A stretch of 63,169 bases of DNA, counting the filler, from Sphacelaria rigidula (taxonomy: Eukaryota): NCBI GenBank assembly GCA_964200075.2. It is 8 parts of 8 records of this genome, joined end to end, with 100 filler letters (N's around TTAATTAATTAA, not from the genome) between each part and the next. Parts side by side here need not be neighbours in the genome. Positions count along the whole stretch, not along the records: positions 47,455 to 55,262 come from CAXNAA020013389.1; positions 55,363 to 63,169 come from CAXNAA020013390.1; 6 more parts are not named here. The stretch is one strand, 5' to 3'. Below, one piece after another: positions 49,985 through 62,148 of the stretch. The stretch's first letter is position 1, and every line of letters starts with the position of its first letter. The position numbers and the translations under genes are program-made. The notes below the pieces were generated by a model, which saw only the letters and a list, made by a program, of their open reading frames with translations, did not search any database and was not told the DNA's origin.

Positions 49985-50561
49985 ATGCCCAAGGGCGCTC
50001 TAGCCTCCATCGCGGAGCGTTACGGTGTTCGCGCTGGCTACCCAAGAAAAAATTGGTTCGAGTGCCAAGCTAGAAAGGGTGGTGAAAATTTTATCAGGGG
50101 GCCTTTACGGAGGCGTGGGATTATCTAGCGTCAACCCACAAAAAAAGCCTTTGACCACCGGAGGTGTCCATTTGTTGACGATATCAACTCATTTGTGAAA
50201 CCGGCATCATTTTCATCCGTAAATGGCCTGGAAATGAGGCCGATTCTACAGACGCTCACCTCCTATGGTCAACGAGTTTGGTTCGGCGCCATACGAGGTG
50301 ACGGGGAGAGCTATTCACGAAAATGTCTTTTTGCTTTTTTTCGACACTTTTTATGTGCTAGAAATGGGGCAAAATACGGCCTCTTCTGGGCCGACTGCTT
50401 TTTTTTCGGCCGTTCATGCATGTAAGGTGGTGCGTGCGAAAACAAACACGGGATTCAATGACAAAAACACCGAAGATTTCAACAAGAACACCGCCTACGG
50501 TGTCGGACACCGTTAAGGGTCTGTGCAATCATAAGGATCTTTACTTATGGGACAGAGGAAG
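49985..50561 (+). mobile_element. Truncated mariner/Stowaway-type element with possible transposase HTH remnant
   Basis: Right TIR ..CTTTACTTATGGGACAGAGGAAG|TA at 50561, subterminal homology to the 32681 element, and peptide MPKGALASIAERYGVRAGYPRKNW resembling a mariner N-terminal HTH. Confidence 0.5.
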
Positions 50562-51007
50562 TATGCACTTGAGCATTAGAGGGTAACACGTGGACAAAAA
50601 AAGGTAATATGTAATTTGTAGCAGTAGCAGGGTGCACTTTCCTGGTTCGTTTATAAAAGGGGGTACTCTCACACGCTTTTCTTTTCCGCGGCGAAGTTAA
50701 GCCTAACACCACGTGCGCAAAAATATAAAAATGATCGGGCATGCTGCCCAGACAACTTGGGCGTGGAGCTGAGGCACTGGAACGTGTTTTCGAGGTGTTC
50801 AGCCCGCGTGCAGCACCGCGCTCTAGGCCGAAAAGTGTTACCCTTTTTTGTTCCAAGGACGAGGGTGCACCCTTTTTTGTTTAAAAAGTATGATAATGAA
50901 CCCTTTTTGTATATTGCCCAATAATGAAGCCGCTTCATATTCGGAAGGTTCCGAGAAGTCCAAAAATTTCGGGGATCTCCGAAAAACAGTGTATATCATA
51001 ATGGACC

Positions 51008-51738
51008 TATAAGACAGGCCTGTGGACGGCAGGCGTGGCGTTTCTAACCCGGGACTGGGTCTGTGTAGGTTGTAGCTTCTCACTCGATGTAAGGGTACGG
51101 CGCGTGTAGGGACGCGAGGACAAAGACAGTACCGACAGACGGTGGGGGGTCGGGACGGGCACCCCAAGTAAGGGGCATAACCATAACCCGGACAGGGGAT
51201 TGGAGGATGACAGCCCCAGGGTTGACATACCCGGGATGACGGTCCAGGTTGACATCCCCGGGGTTCGTAAACTGGTCGGGTCATACAGCGGTCATATTCA
51301 CATACCCCCCCAGCTACAGCGGTGTTAGCCGGCTACTCAGCTGAAGCTAAAAGGCAAGGGATTTTCACCTCCAGGGACAAGATTTGACGAGTTTGCTAGT
51401 TATCCAATCCATGCGTGATGTCGAAGCCAATATAAGACCTGTGGACGGCAGGCGTGGCATATCTAACCCGGGACAATAGCTCTGTGAAGGTTGTAGCTTC
51501 TCACCTGGTGTAGGGGTACGGCGCGTGTAGGGACGCGACGTGGACTTAGACTGGCTGAGCTCTGCAGAGCAGGGCTTGGGACAAAGATAGGATTGACAGG
51601 CGACGGGGCGTCAGGACGGACACCCCAAGTGAGAAGCATGACCATAGCCCGTACTGGAGATTGGAGAATGACGGTCCGGGTTGACCTGCCTGAGGTTATT
51701 AGTAAGCGGGTCGGTTCATACAGAGGTCATAAATCACA
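51008..51738 (-). mobile_element. Two diverged tandem LTR-like repeats separated by a short PPT-like segment
   Basis: 51008-51302 and 51431-51738 are direct repeats. On the minus strand both start TGTGA.T.TGACC, and the left copy is preceded by GGGGGGGTA. Confidence 0.5.
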
Positions 51739-51758
51739 GGCCTAAGGACCGTTATTAA

Positions 51759-52065
51759 CCCTTAGAGAGCGACCCCGGACTGAGATGGACAATGCCACAT
51801 TTGGGGTTCAGAACAGCTCTTTTCTCGTACACACAACGCCTTATTTCGTCAGCATGTAGATGTTGGGCATCTGTATGGAAAACTGGCCATTCTGGTGACA
51901 TATAACTCACGCTGATGAGGCTAATTTCGCGTTTTCGCTGTTTGACTAGCCATACAGGTGACATATACTGCACCCTGAGGAGTCTAACTTCGCGTTTCGC
52001 TGTTTGATTAGTCATGTGGGTGACATATAAATGCACGTTGAGGAGGCTAATTTCGCGTTGACCCA
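51759..52065 (+). mobile_element. piggyBac-like left end with three ~62-bp subterminal tandem repeats
   Basis: TTAA|CCCTTAGAGAGCGACC; GGTGACATATA..GAGG..CTAA.TTCGCGTT at ~51894, 51957 and 52019. No right end found. Confidence 0.45.
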
Positions 52066-52231
52066 AGCACATGACCCCAATAACCTCTCAATTCGAATAA
52101 TTATGCACATGACCCATCCGTTTCACCTGGAGGAGCGTTCCTTGGAGGACCCTAGCGATTCCCGTGTCGGGGAGCAGTCGGTCCTCGTTCTAGTTTTTTA
52201 CTTCTACGGCCTGTCATGCCTTATTTCTTTT

Positions 52232-52594
52232 CCTGGTGTCGCCAATGTGAGGAAGGAATGTCGCTAGAATAGACAGAGATCTACGGGGGAGACTGCCGTC
52301 CTGATGCCGAAGGAACTCCGAGGCTGGCGATGATTTCCTCTAGCATATGTAGGCAAGAAGGGGGTCAGACGAGAAGTGGTCGCCAGAGGCGACCAGTTCT
52401 TCGGGGGATGTTGGACCGTCCTAATATTAGGCTCTTCCTGGCATCACCCGAGTTGTCTAGTTTCGTTAACATTACAGGGTCGTCGGTAATCTGGTCCTTT
52501 CGGACCGTTCCCATCTTGTACCTGCTTGCGCTGTTTCTTCATACATGTGTGGCACCAGTCTCTGATACGTCCCTGCAAAGAAGTATCTTCCACA
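52232..52594 (-). mobile_element. 5' LTR (52246-52594) with primer-binding site
   Basis: TGTGGAAG..CCTCACA on the minus strand followed by T-TGGCGACACCAGG; near-identical to 53789-54131. Confidence 0.85.
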
Positions 52595-52696
52595 CATGAA
52601 CGGAAAAATATCTGGCATGTTAACGGTCACTAGGGTGAAACTTCTCAAGGAAGATAACCTTTCAGCAATCGGGGTAGTGCTGACAAGGAACAAAGA

Positions 52697-53550
52697 TCAT
52701 TTCGATGATGTTTAACCAAAGAGCACAACGCTCGCATGATGAACATAATATCCATCGCTTTGTTACTAACACGAGAACTTTGTCTTACTCCGGTGTCAGC
52801 GGAATCGAAGGCATCCCAGAACCCGGACACAAATAACCCAGGCGCCCGTGGACCGATCAGTGTCCCAGTGCCCAGACATGTAGAAACAGCAGATGCATCC
52901 AGCACCAAAGTGCAAAGGCATCTCGTGGAAATAGGTCACACGTGACACACTTACATGCCACAAAATGATATGAAGCAACGATCATGTCGATGTTTCACGA
53001 AAGAGCACAGTCCTCACAAGATAAACATCAGATCCACCTCTCTGGTACTAACGCGAGGACTTTGTCCTATACTCCGGTGTCAGTGGAATCGAAGGCATCC
53101 CAGAACCCGGGCATGAATACCTCAAGCGCCCGTGGACCGGTCGGTGTCCCAGTGCCTAGTCATGTATACCTAACTGATGCAGCCTGCATCAAAGTGCAAA
53201 AGCATCCCATAAAATATGCGTCACACATGACGCAGTTACATGACACAAAATAACAAAAAGCCAGGGTCATTTTGACGGTGGTTAGCCGAAAGAACACAAT
53301 TCTCACAGGTTAAAGAAAAAAATATCTTGAACACCGCCTTGTTACTAAACCGAGAACTTAGCCCTACTCCGGTGTCAGCGGAACCGAAGGCATCCCAGAA
53401 CCCGGGCAGGAATAACCCAGCCGCCCGTGGACCGATCAGTGTCCCCGTGCCCACTCATGCATACCAGCAGATGCACCAGCACCCAAGTGCAAATGCATCT
53501 GATGGAAACATGTCACATATGATACAGCCACATGGCAGAGAAAACCAAAA
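52697..53550 (+). repeat. Three tandem copies of a ~285-295-bp unit
   Basis: ACTCCGGTGTCAG..GAAGGCATCCCAGAACCCGG..GCCCGTGGACCG at ~52787, 53071 and 53366. Confidence 0.9.
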
Positions 53551-53774
53551 TGAAAGGGTTTGCAATACAAACACTGTTACTGACCACAGGTAGCTGAAAT
53601 TCACTGGGGGTGTTCACTCAATACCACAGTGTAGAGAAGGGCTGCCTTTGCGATTAGCTGTGGCGTAACTCAATCAATGATTGTCACTCGAAGATACTTC
53701 CACGATGATATCATCAACGAAGCTGATGATTGCCTCGTCCCACCAACCACAGGCCTGATGGGCTTGAGGCGCGT

Positions 53775-54131
53775 AAGGAGGGGGGAAATGTGGAAGATAC
53801 CTCTTTGCAGGGACGTATCAGAGACTGGTGCCACACATGTATGAAGAAACAGCGCAAGCAGGTACAAGATGGGAACGGTCCGAAAGGACCAGATTACCGA
53901 GGACCCTGTAATGTCAACGAAACTAGACAACTCGGGGTGATGCCAGGGAGAGCCTAATATTAGGACGGTCCAACATCCCCCGAAGAACTGGTCGCCTCCA
54001 CTTCTCGTCTGACCCCCTTCTTACCTACATATGCTAGAAGAAATCATCGCCAGCCTCGGAGTTCCTTCGGCATCAGGACGGCAGTCTCCCCCGTAGATCT
54101 CTGTCTATTCTAGCGATACGCCTTCCTCACA
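53775..54131 (+). mobile_element. PPT and 3' LTR (53789-54131)
   Basis: AAGGAGGGGGGAAA immediately before TGTGGAAG..CCTCACA. Confidence 0.85.
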
Positions 54132-55262
54132 AACATGGACATTTTATTCCCCTACAAAGTGGTAACCTACGTACAGATAACCTACCTCGCAGCGGAGCTG
54201 CATTCGACCACGTGGGTAACGAGCTTTCAGCCCTAGGTAGATGTGGCCAACGGACGTGCTTTTTGCTCTGCTCGTAGTCTCCGTCCCCTGCCCGGCACCT
54301 CTTGTGCTGTTAACATACAGTAGCTTCACTTCGTCTGTATTGTTGTAGAACACAAAGGGCCGTTATTAGTGGTCTTGATTTTTCATTCACTTTCATCCAT
54401 ATTCCATCATGAAATGGATGAAAATGGATGAAAAGGATGAACGAATAACCCGTCAATACGGACCCGAAGCAGAGATAGCAACAGCATGCAGTGTTTCATG
54501 CCGTTGTATTCGGCCGCTGATGAAATGAAGTTCGTGTGTACAGCGGCAGCAGGAGCAGCAGCGTCTACAGCGGTACAACGCCAGTGAAAAGTGAAGTCGA
54601 GGCGATGTGATACGCGTGGAAGATCGAAGTACGCTCGAAGTGTGCCATCCTTGCCCCGAAAGAGCTAGGACTACTGCGGAAGCATACTGTAGAGATGGGA
54701 GGAGAGGATGTACGTTGCTTGCATATATCGCAGCATTTGGTGCCTGTCAGCGCGCACCACTTGCAAGGGATGAGAAGCATATACCCCAAGAAAACAGACT
54801 AGCGAAAGACATACATGTAAATACGTGCGCTTAACTTGTGTCTCAACACCGGTGAGAGGTCTCGTAGCACTAGTTCTTGTACATATGCCCCAACATTCAC
54901 ATGTTTATGTAAAAAGGCGTTCTGTCTGTTGAAAAGCAGGTATTCCGAACCCCAAATGTGCCACCGAGTTTTTGAGGCGACTTGCCGGGCGGGGAGGGGG
55001 GGCGCACTCATTTGTTGCTTGCCGTAAACGTTTGACTGTTGACCACGCATCCCTTTCGAGGCAAGCGGGGGGGATCGCAGCCAAAGGGCTGACCTCCCGG
55101 GTTCCTAGTTGGACTCCAAACGAACGGACTTTCTGATGGGTTTCGATTAGTTTTTGTCGGTGGAGAGACAAATCCTTCACAAAAGAACCCTTGCCATATA
55201 CTTCCTCTGTCCCTTACGTCTGTATCGTTATGTTTGTACGAGCCCTTAACGATGTCCGATTT

Positions 55263-55362
55263 NNNNNNNNNNNNNNNNNNNNNNNNNNNNNNNNNNNNNN
55301 NNNNNNTTAATTAATTAANNNNNNNNNNNNNNNNNNNNNNNNNNNNNNNNNNNNNNNNNNNN
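55263..55362. other. Artificial contig linker
   Basis: N44-TTAATTAATTAA-N44. Confidence 0.99.
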
Positions 55363-56299
55363 AATATCATAAAAAAGTAATGAGTATCATAGAAAAAAAA
55401 AAAAAAAGTGTGGGGGTGGGTGTGGGGTAGGTGGATGAAAGAGTGAAAAAAAAGCAAAAAAATCTGAGTGAAAGCTGGGAAACAGAAGCAAAAAAATCGA
55501 GAAAAAAACAATATAAAACAAAACAAAACCAACTGGAAAAGGGAACAGAATGAAACCGAGGAGAGCTCAGAATAAATACATGTTTTTTTTTTATAATACA
55601 TGATGAAAAAATGACAACAAAAAAAACGAAGACACGAAAAATCCAAAACTACAGACACGAAGGCACACATAAAAAGACACGAGAGGAAAACAAAACGATA
55701 CTGACAGTCCATCCTGTGTGCATGATCGTGCTTGCACCATGAGGAGGCATTATGACTGAACAGCATTTGTTTGGTTATGCTGGAGTGGATTTTACTACAG
55801 TACAAAAGTCACGCACTGCCGTAGATTCACCGTTGACAGCGGCGAATCATGGACGAATCCGAGTCTTCCACTAGCTTTCTATCAAACACACAAAAAGCAT
55901 CGCGAGAATCCCAGAAAAAAACAGAAAACAGATGACAGATAACAGAACCACAGTGGAACCAAATTGGACCTAGACCCAAAACCATACGACAGATCGAACC
56001 GTCAACCGCCAGGTCGAAAAAAACGACTGACTAGAGCGGACAGAAAAAAAAAAAAAAACATTAACAACCCATTTTTCACGGAACGAGAAAAAAATAAGCT
56101 GAAGCTCGTGAAAAGTGATGGCATTCACGGCACAGCAGAGATAGAACTTACGTGTAAAAGGGTCAAGTGAACAATCGTTGTTACTTGCACAAACCGAGCT
56201 GATACCGCCAGGGCTGCATGTATGTGTGTGTGTGCTACTGTGCTGTGCTGTGCTGTGCTGAGGTCACTGTACCACTCGGTAGTTGAGAGATATTTCTCG

Positions 56300-56550
56300 G
56301 AAAATTATGGTTTGTGCAGGTGCTGATGCAATTCGAATAACACGAACCCTAACCCTAATCCCAACCCCAACCCCAACGAAGACATACCGAGAACCCTCGG
56401 GCAAGGGAGGCGCAACGTGTTCCCAAGGCAAAGTGTGCGTTGCCAGACCTCAAATCGGCGCTCCAGGCGCCGAATTAGACAAAAACGCTCTCTGCGCACG
56501 CTAGGAGCACGCCAGGAGCATAGCGCCCTCCAAAGATCCGGATTTCGGTG
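56300..56550 (+). repeat. Dispersed repeat with telomere-like patch (family of 27290-27510; another copy at 57500-57680)
   Basis: AACCCTAACCCTAATCCCAACCCCAACC followed by the shared conserved blocks. Confidence 0.8.
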
Positions 56551-56898
56551 TCTCAATAGGAAAGATGACAAATTACGGCAAAACATAAATCACTTACGGG
56601 GGAAATGTCTTGCAATCGTAACGATGTTCACCGAAAAAACTGTCATCAGTTACTCGTAGTGAACGGCCATGTATAAAAAAGACGCTACGAGGTGGGCCCG
56701 CCAGGACTTCGCCTCAGCGGTTCACCGGCCATGAGCAACGCAATTTTTCGGAATTCCGGCTGAAAAATTGACAACAGATTAGCAACACATGGATAGGGCT
56801 AACCTCTGTCTGGAAGATTCAGGTCTTTCGTTTGCTTCTATTTTTCGAACCTCATCTCCGACCGATGCAAAATTTTGGGCTGCCTTCAGCCCCCTTAA

Positions 56899-57210
56899 CC
56901 CTTGGACCGCGAAAATAGTCTTTCTGGATCATGCATATTTTTCTTCACTAGAAATTGATGCCGATTCAACAGAAGACTAACCTCGCGGTCTAAGGGTTAA
57001 CCCTTAGACCGCGGTGCAGGTAGTCCATCTGGATCGTGAAAACTTTTTTCAAGTGAATATTGATGCCGATTCAGCAGGTGACCTACCCTGCCGTCAAAGA
57101 GTGAACGTAACACCCTTGACTGCCGGGGGAAAATCACCTCGGTCACGCAGTAACTTCTTGAGCAAAAAGTGACACCGATTCAGCAGATGGCCTAATTTGG
57201 CGATCAAGGG
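56899..57210 (+). mobile_element. Three head-to-tail piggyBac-type MITEs; the first (56899-56996) is intact and shares its TTAA with the second
   Basis: TTAA|CCCTTGGACCGCGA...TCGCGGTCTAAGGG|TTAA|CCCTTAGACCGCGG... Confidence 0.85.
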
Positions 57211-60200
57211 TTTGAAGTACTATGAGTAGAAAAGAGGTCAAGAAAAGTCATCATCTGATTCTATTTCAAGTAAGGCTACAGTGGTAGATAGGCGTACTGC
57301 ACGTTTGTGTTGTCCATCCATCTGGTATCAAAGTGTCACCCCAAAATTCGAAAAACTTGCGCCGCCCACGCACGGACGTTTTCACGCGTCGGATAGATAG
57401 CTCATGTGCTACCTGAATATTACTCCTTCTTAGCATACGGATCCGGATCATGAGCTATAATAGCTCATTTGGAGGGGACTTGAGTAAATATACGTAAACA
57501 ACGGTTGGTACTATGGAGATGCCGCCGACCCTGACGCTAACGTTAACCCCAACCCCGACCAAGGCATACCGGACCCCCCGTCGGGCAAGGGGGGTGCAAA
57601 GTGTTTATTGAAGCGAAGTGTGCGCGTTGCCAGAGCTCAAATGGACGCCTTTGAGCCGATCTTGGACCAAAACACGTTCTGGATGGGTTGGGTCCACTGC
57701 TCACCACTACTCACCTGTCCCAAGTCATGAATTTGCTCAGAACTTTCTTCCGTCTGAAATCAAGTAAAATCGAGTACCAACCATTGCTCACGTACATTTC
57801 TTCAGGTCTACTGCTCATTTGGTCCCCCTTTTCCACAGTTGCTTCCTACAGCGCTAGACGCCGGACACGCGAAGTAGCCCAAAGGTAGCGCTTTGGCGTC
57901 TGGGACCCACCCTACTGTTACTCAATTTGTGTTTTCTTGGACAACGGATCTGACAGTCTTCGTCGACCGGCTATTTTAGATAGCATTGAGTGCTTGGAGG
58001 CTTTTCGTTAGCAAGGAGGAAAACCACCGGCGATGCTACTATAAGAGGTAGCTTTCATTGTGTAAGGTAGCCCTAATAATCACTTGTTCTCCCCCTTATC
58101 GTAAAAGCTGGTGGGGATAGAGGTCCTCTCTCCCAGCGCTGATCGTTCGGCGGGCTCCAGACGCCACGTCTAAAGCGCATCCAAGCGCGCGTGGGAGAGG
58201 CAAGCAAAGGGCCGCAGCAGAGTCCCAAAGCACACACAGAAAAATCCCGCCGCATATTTTTGAGACCCAGCTCCGCCGCATAGATTTTGGCCTTGTTCAG
58301 TCGCAGTTTTTGTCGGCGCTTCATACTATATCACCCAGTATCACTATATTATCGGCACACGATTTTATTTCTCTTCTTTCTTTTTGTCATGAAGTACTCC
58401 AGTATCATGCATTGCACGCTTTGTCGGGGCACGACCCGCATGGAGATTTTCAAATTACAGGGAGGTTTGCGTTCATGTGGCGATCATCTCGCCGCCATTC
58501 TCGAGATACGTTCGGTGGCAAGAATGAGCATATCAGTTTCTAGGCCGGGGCCCAGCATGGAGACTGACCACCGATTTTACATTCACAGAGAAAAATGTTT
58601 GCAAACATGTCATGTGTGTTCATACGAGCCCAACTAATAACTGCATCGTTCACCAGAGGTTTTGAGGAAAAGAACCTCAGAAAGAGTTCTGGTGCTTTGT
58701 TTTGTATTGTTTTGTTTTTTTGGCATTCCCCGAAACAGTTACCTGTGAAAGATCCGAAAAAATTATACGTTGCTGAAAGAAATAGACCAACACGTAACGT
58801 AGGTTCAACAACTGCTGAGATTTTCTTGTATCTTCACGGCAGGAGAATTCGTCCACCACGACACAACATCAAGTCTGGAAAATAACGCATTGGCATGAAT
58901 TGACCAAACCCGACAACATCAAGATGAACACTGCAGCAATAATAGAGAGATTCCGGAACATATAAAAAAATGTTTCATGATCAGGACGCAAATCCTTCAG
59001 GATGGAAGCTTGCAAAAACTCAGGATGGGAACTAAAAACTTCACGACGGAAGGTGACCTGACGTGGCTCGACGTTACTTTATTGGTTAGCGGTGACAGGC
59101 CGCAGGTTGCCCCACCAAATGCGCGATCATACATTGCAATCAAAAATGCAAAAGTCAGCACAGTACTGCACAGAAGTAGTCAGTCCCTAGTACAGACAGC
59201 ATATTATCGTACCGTCCCGTGTCGTACACTATGCTACATTACTACACTTCACTACAGTACAGTAAAGTATACAGTACAGGACAACCTCAATGCATAACAC
59301 TACAGTACAGTGTGGTACGGTACAGCGATATGATACATAGAGCACGTTACGCTACTTCCAACCAAAGAACAGCCGAGGTCGCATGGCAACGATTTTGCAG
59401 CAGCATGCCACCGACAACGATGGTGGAAGACGCCATGAACTTTAACGGAATGGCAATGCAGCACTATTGCTGCGCGGTAGACTAAGAATCGTCCACGCCG
59501 TCTTCTTCGAGCTGAACATACACGAGGCAGACAATAGTGAGGAGCTATACGGAAGGCAACGCCTTGTGCACATCAAACATTTCAATTCCACGCAACTTAA
59601 CCCAGCGAATGCTAACACTACGGCGGGAGGGGGAGGGACGTCGCCTGCCTGCGATGTCTAACATAGCTGCATCGTGACTGGTCCATTGTGATAAGGACGA
59701 CACTTGTGATGGATGTCCTACGTTGCTTGTTATGGGCATATTGATGATGAACTGACTGTGACGACGGTGGTTGGTGCGGCTCATGTTCTTCCTCGCATTC
59801 CTGACTTCTGAAGCTGCACTCCATACTTCAGGATGAAGGTCTCAAAACAGGGCCCTGGTCCTGAAATGCGAAAAAACAGCTTCCGAAACTTTCTGATAGC
59901 ATTTTTTCCCCCTTTCTTCATAAGTTGTTTTGTTTTGTTTTTGTGCTTTGTTTTACTTTGTTTCGCTTTGTTTTTTTTGTTTTTTAACAGTACCTGTCGG
60001 TACCTATCGTGCCTCTTCTTGAACAAAGAAAAGGTCAGATCTACTCTGGTGAGGTAAACTAGAACACGAAGTCTTGGAAGAAAAAAAAAACGCACACACA
60101 CTGGGCATTGACGGAGCAAGACCGACAACAAGTTGGCGGGGAGGGAAATATTATGATTTTCCCAGGCATTTCCTTTGGGGGGTTTTGCCATGTACCACCT

Positions 60201-60250
60201 TTCGTGGCTTTTTTTTTTCAAGGAAAAAGGTCAAAGCAGGGTATGCGGTG

Positions 60251-60323
60251 CATGCATGCATGCATGCATACATACATACATACATACATACATACATACA
60301 TACATACATACATACATACATAC
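60251..60323 (+). repeat. Compound (CATG)n(CATA)n microsatellite
   Basis: Direct reading. Confidence 0.95.
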
Positions 60324-61215
60324 AAAAGCACATCACTGTCTGTACCTGCCCGCTATAGTGCACATCATCGATGGCTTCCAAACCACCGTGCTTCTCCACG
60401 AGTCGCGGACCCCCGGGAATGCTCTCGCAGACCAGCTTGAGAAATGAAAGCGCGCATCTGCATCCAAGCACGCACGCGCGCGCGCGCACACAGACACAAG
60501 CAGCATGAGATTGACGGGTTGATGGATTGATTGCCGCGTACACTAGGAGCTGAGCCAGCTGATGGTGATTCTTGTCGGTAATAAAATAATAATAATACGA
60601 AAAAAAAACGGGAGGCGGTGCTCACTTTTAGAAGTTGGGCGCTGAAATTTCGACACGACATTTTCATTCAACACACGCGCAAAATTTGTTGGGATGCCAA
60701 GAGAAGAAAAAAAAAACTGGGAGCGTTTTGAAATTTCAGCAAAAACTGGGAAAATGTCATGATATTTCCGTGAAGAAAACGAAAAACGGCGACATCTCCA
60801 CAACTGTTGTACATACTTCCGCGCAGAAATTCCTGGTCAAATATCGGCTAAAAAATCCTAAAATTGGGCCCAATCTGGCACTTTTTGTGTGTCACCGCTG
60901 CGCCCCGGTGGTCCAACTGATAACCCGAGCCTCCAGTTACACAAAACACGAGTTCCAACCTCGACACGACCATTTTTTCTCCCAAAATCTGGCAGGTTTT
61001 TCTTCTCCAATTGTAAGAAAAAACCATCACCATCGGGGATTTGATTGAGGAAAAGCGTTGCACCCCAGTTCCAGTTGGATGGCTGTGCCTGTGCTTCTTG
61101 CATGTGATAATCGGCTCGGAAGTCCTCTCCCATGATGGAGCTGCTGACGAGCTTGATGTCATCTCGCAGCATTCCCAGAGCACTTTTGACTGTGCTTGTC
61201 AACGTTGTCATTCGT

Positions 61216-61295
61216 AATTCCGCCGCGTTTCCTAAAACTCCGCGGCGTTTCCTGAAATTCCGCCGCGTTTCCGAAAATTCCGCCGCGTTTCCTAA
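61216..61295 (+). repeat. Four tandem 20-bp units AATTCCGCCGCGTTTCCTAA
   Basis: Contiguous repeats without spacers. Confidence 0.9.
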
Positions 61296-61750
61296 AAAAC
61301 TTGGAACACGCTCTCACGCCACGATTTGAGACGCACCCGGTACTCAATGCAGTACAATAACGTCATGCGCCAAGATTGCGCCGATCGAGCAGGGGTGGAG
61401 CCGTGCCTTACCACCTTGGTCTGCAGTTCACAACGATATGCTCAAGTCGGGCTGAGTTGGGAAACTTGAGAAGTTGTTGTGTGATACGCGTCTGTACGTT
61501 ATACGACTAGCCTGGCTCGTATATGTCATCCTCCACGAATGCACCTATGGTTGGTCATGAGAAAAAACGAACAGTAGTAAAGCAGTAGTATTTACTCAAG
61601 GTGAGCAAATATACGGCGCCTATTAATAGTGTGTTTGATTTTATCGTACTCTATTTCGGGTAGTTAGCCTGTGACCACGGAAGGCGTCCGCATCAGACGC
61701 CCAGTACAGAGCGTTGCGCAGATATCGGAGCGGTTTTTAATATGAAGACC

Positions 61751-61781
<31 letters not shown>

Positions 61782-62148
61782 GTGTGTGCGTGTTGTCATC
61801 CCATCTATTCTGGACCCCAGTCAACACCTTTCGGTATATGTGGGCGAATCAGCCGGGGTCACACAGGAGGAAAGCCAACACGGGAGTGTTTTTTTTCGAT
61901 TTGGTTTTGGTACTCCACCTTCCTTCTGCGGCGCTTGCCTTATTCTTTGATCGCGAGAGAGGATCAGCGGTCTGTTTCCCTCGTCGACCGCGACGTCATA
62001 TTTTGTGTACCCACGACATGGTCGATCTCAGCTGTTGGGCATGGTGCGACAAAAAATCTCAGATCGTGTAGCTTCGCCGGGATTCGAACCCACGACCCAA
62101 CTGTCAGAAGGTTCCGTGGTTACCAACTGAGCCACCGGGGCGACCGGC
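61751..62148 (-). mobile_element. Full-length tRNA-derived SINE (~400 bp) with (TTG)n tail
   Basis: A box TGGCTCAGTTGG, B box GGTTCGAATCCC, ~290-bp non-tRNA body and (TTG)10 tail; three other copies in this window. Confidence 0.9.

Noticed and set aside
55363-56100. Phe-rich membrane-like ORF 55311-55805
   Set aside because: A-rich low-complexity, probably low-quality contig start that runs into the linker.
61216-61295. CRISPR-like 20-bp repeats
   Set aside because: The repeats are contiguous with no spacers, there are no cas genes, and the context is eukaryotic.
62070-62148. tRNA gene (also 15645 and 23558)
   Set aside because: Acceptor and anticodon stems pair poorly, and the head is fused to a repeated body and (TTG)n tail, so it is a SINE head.
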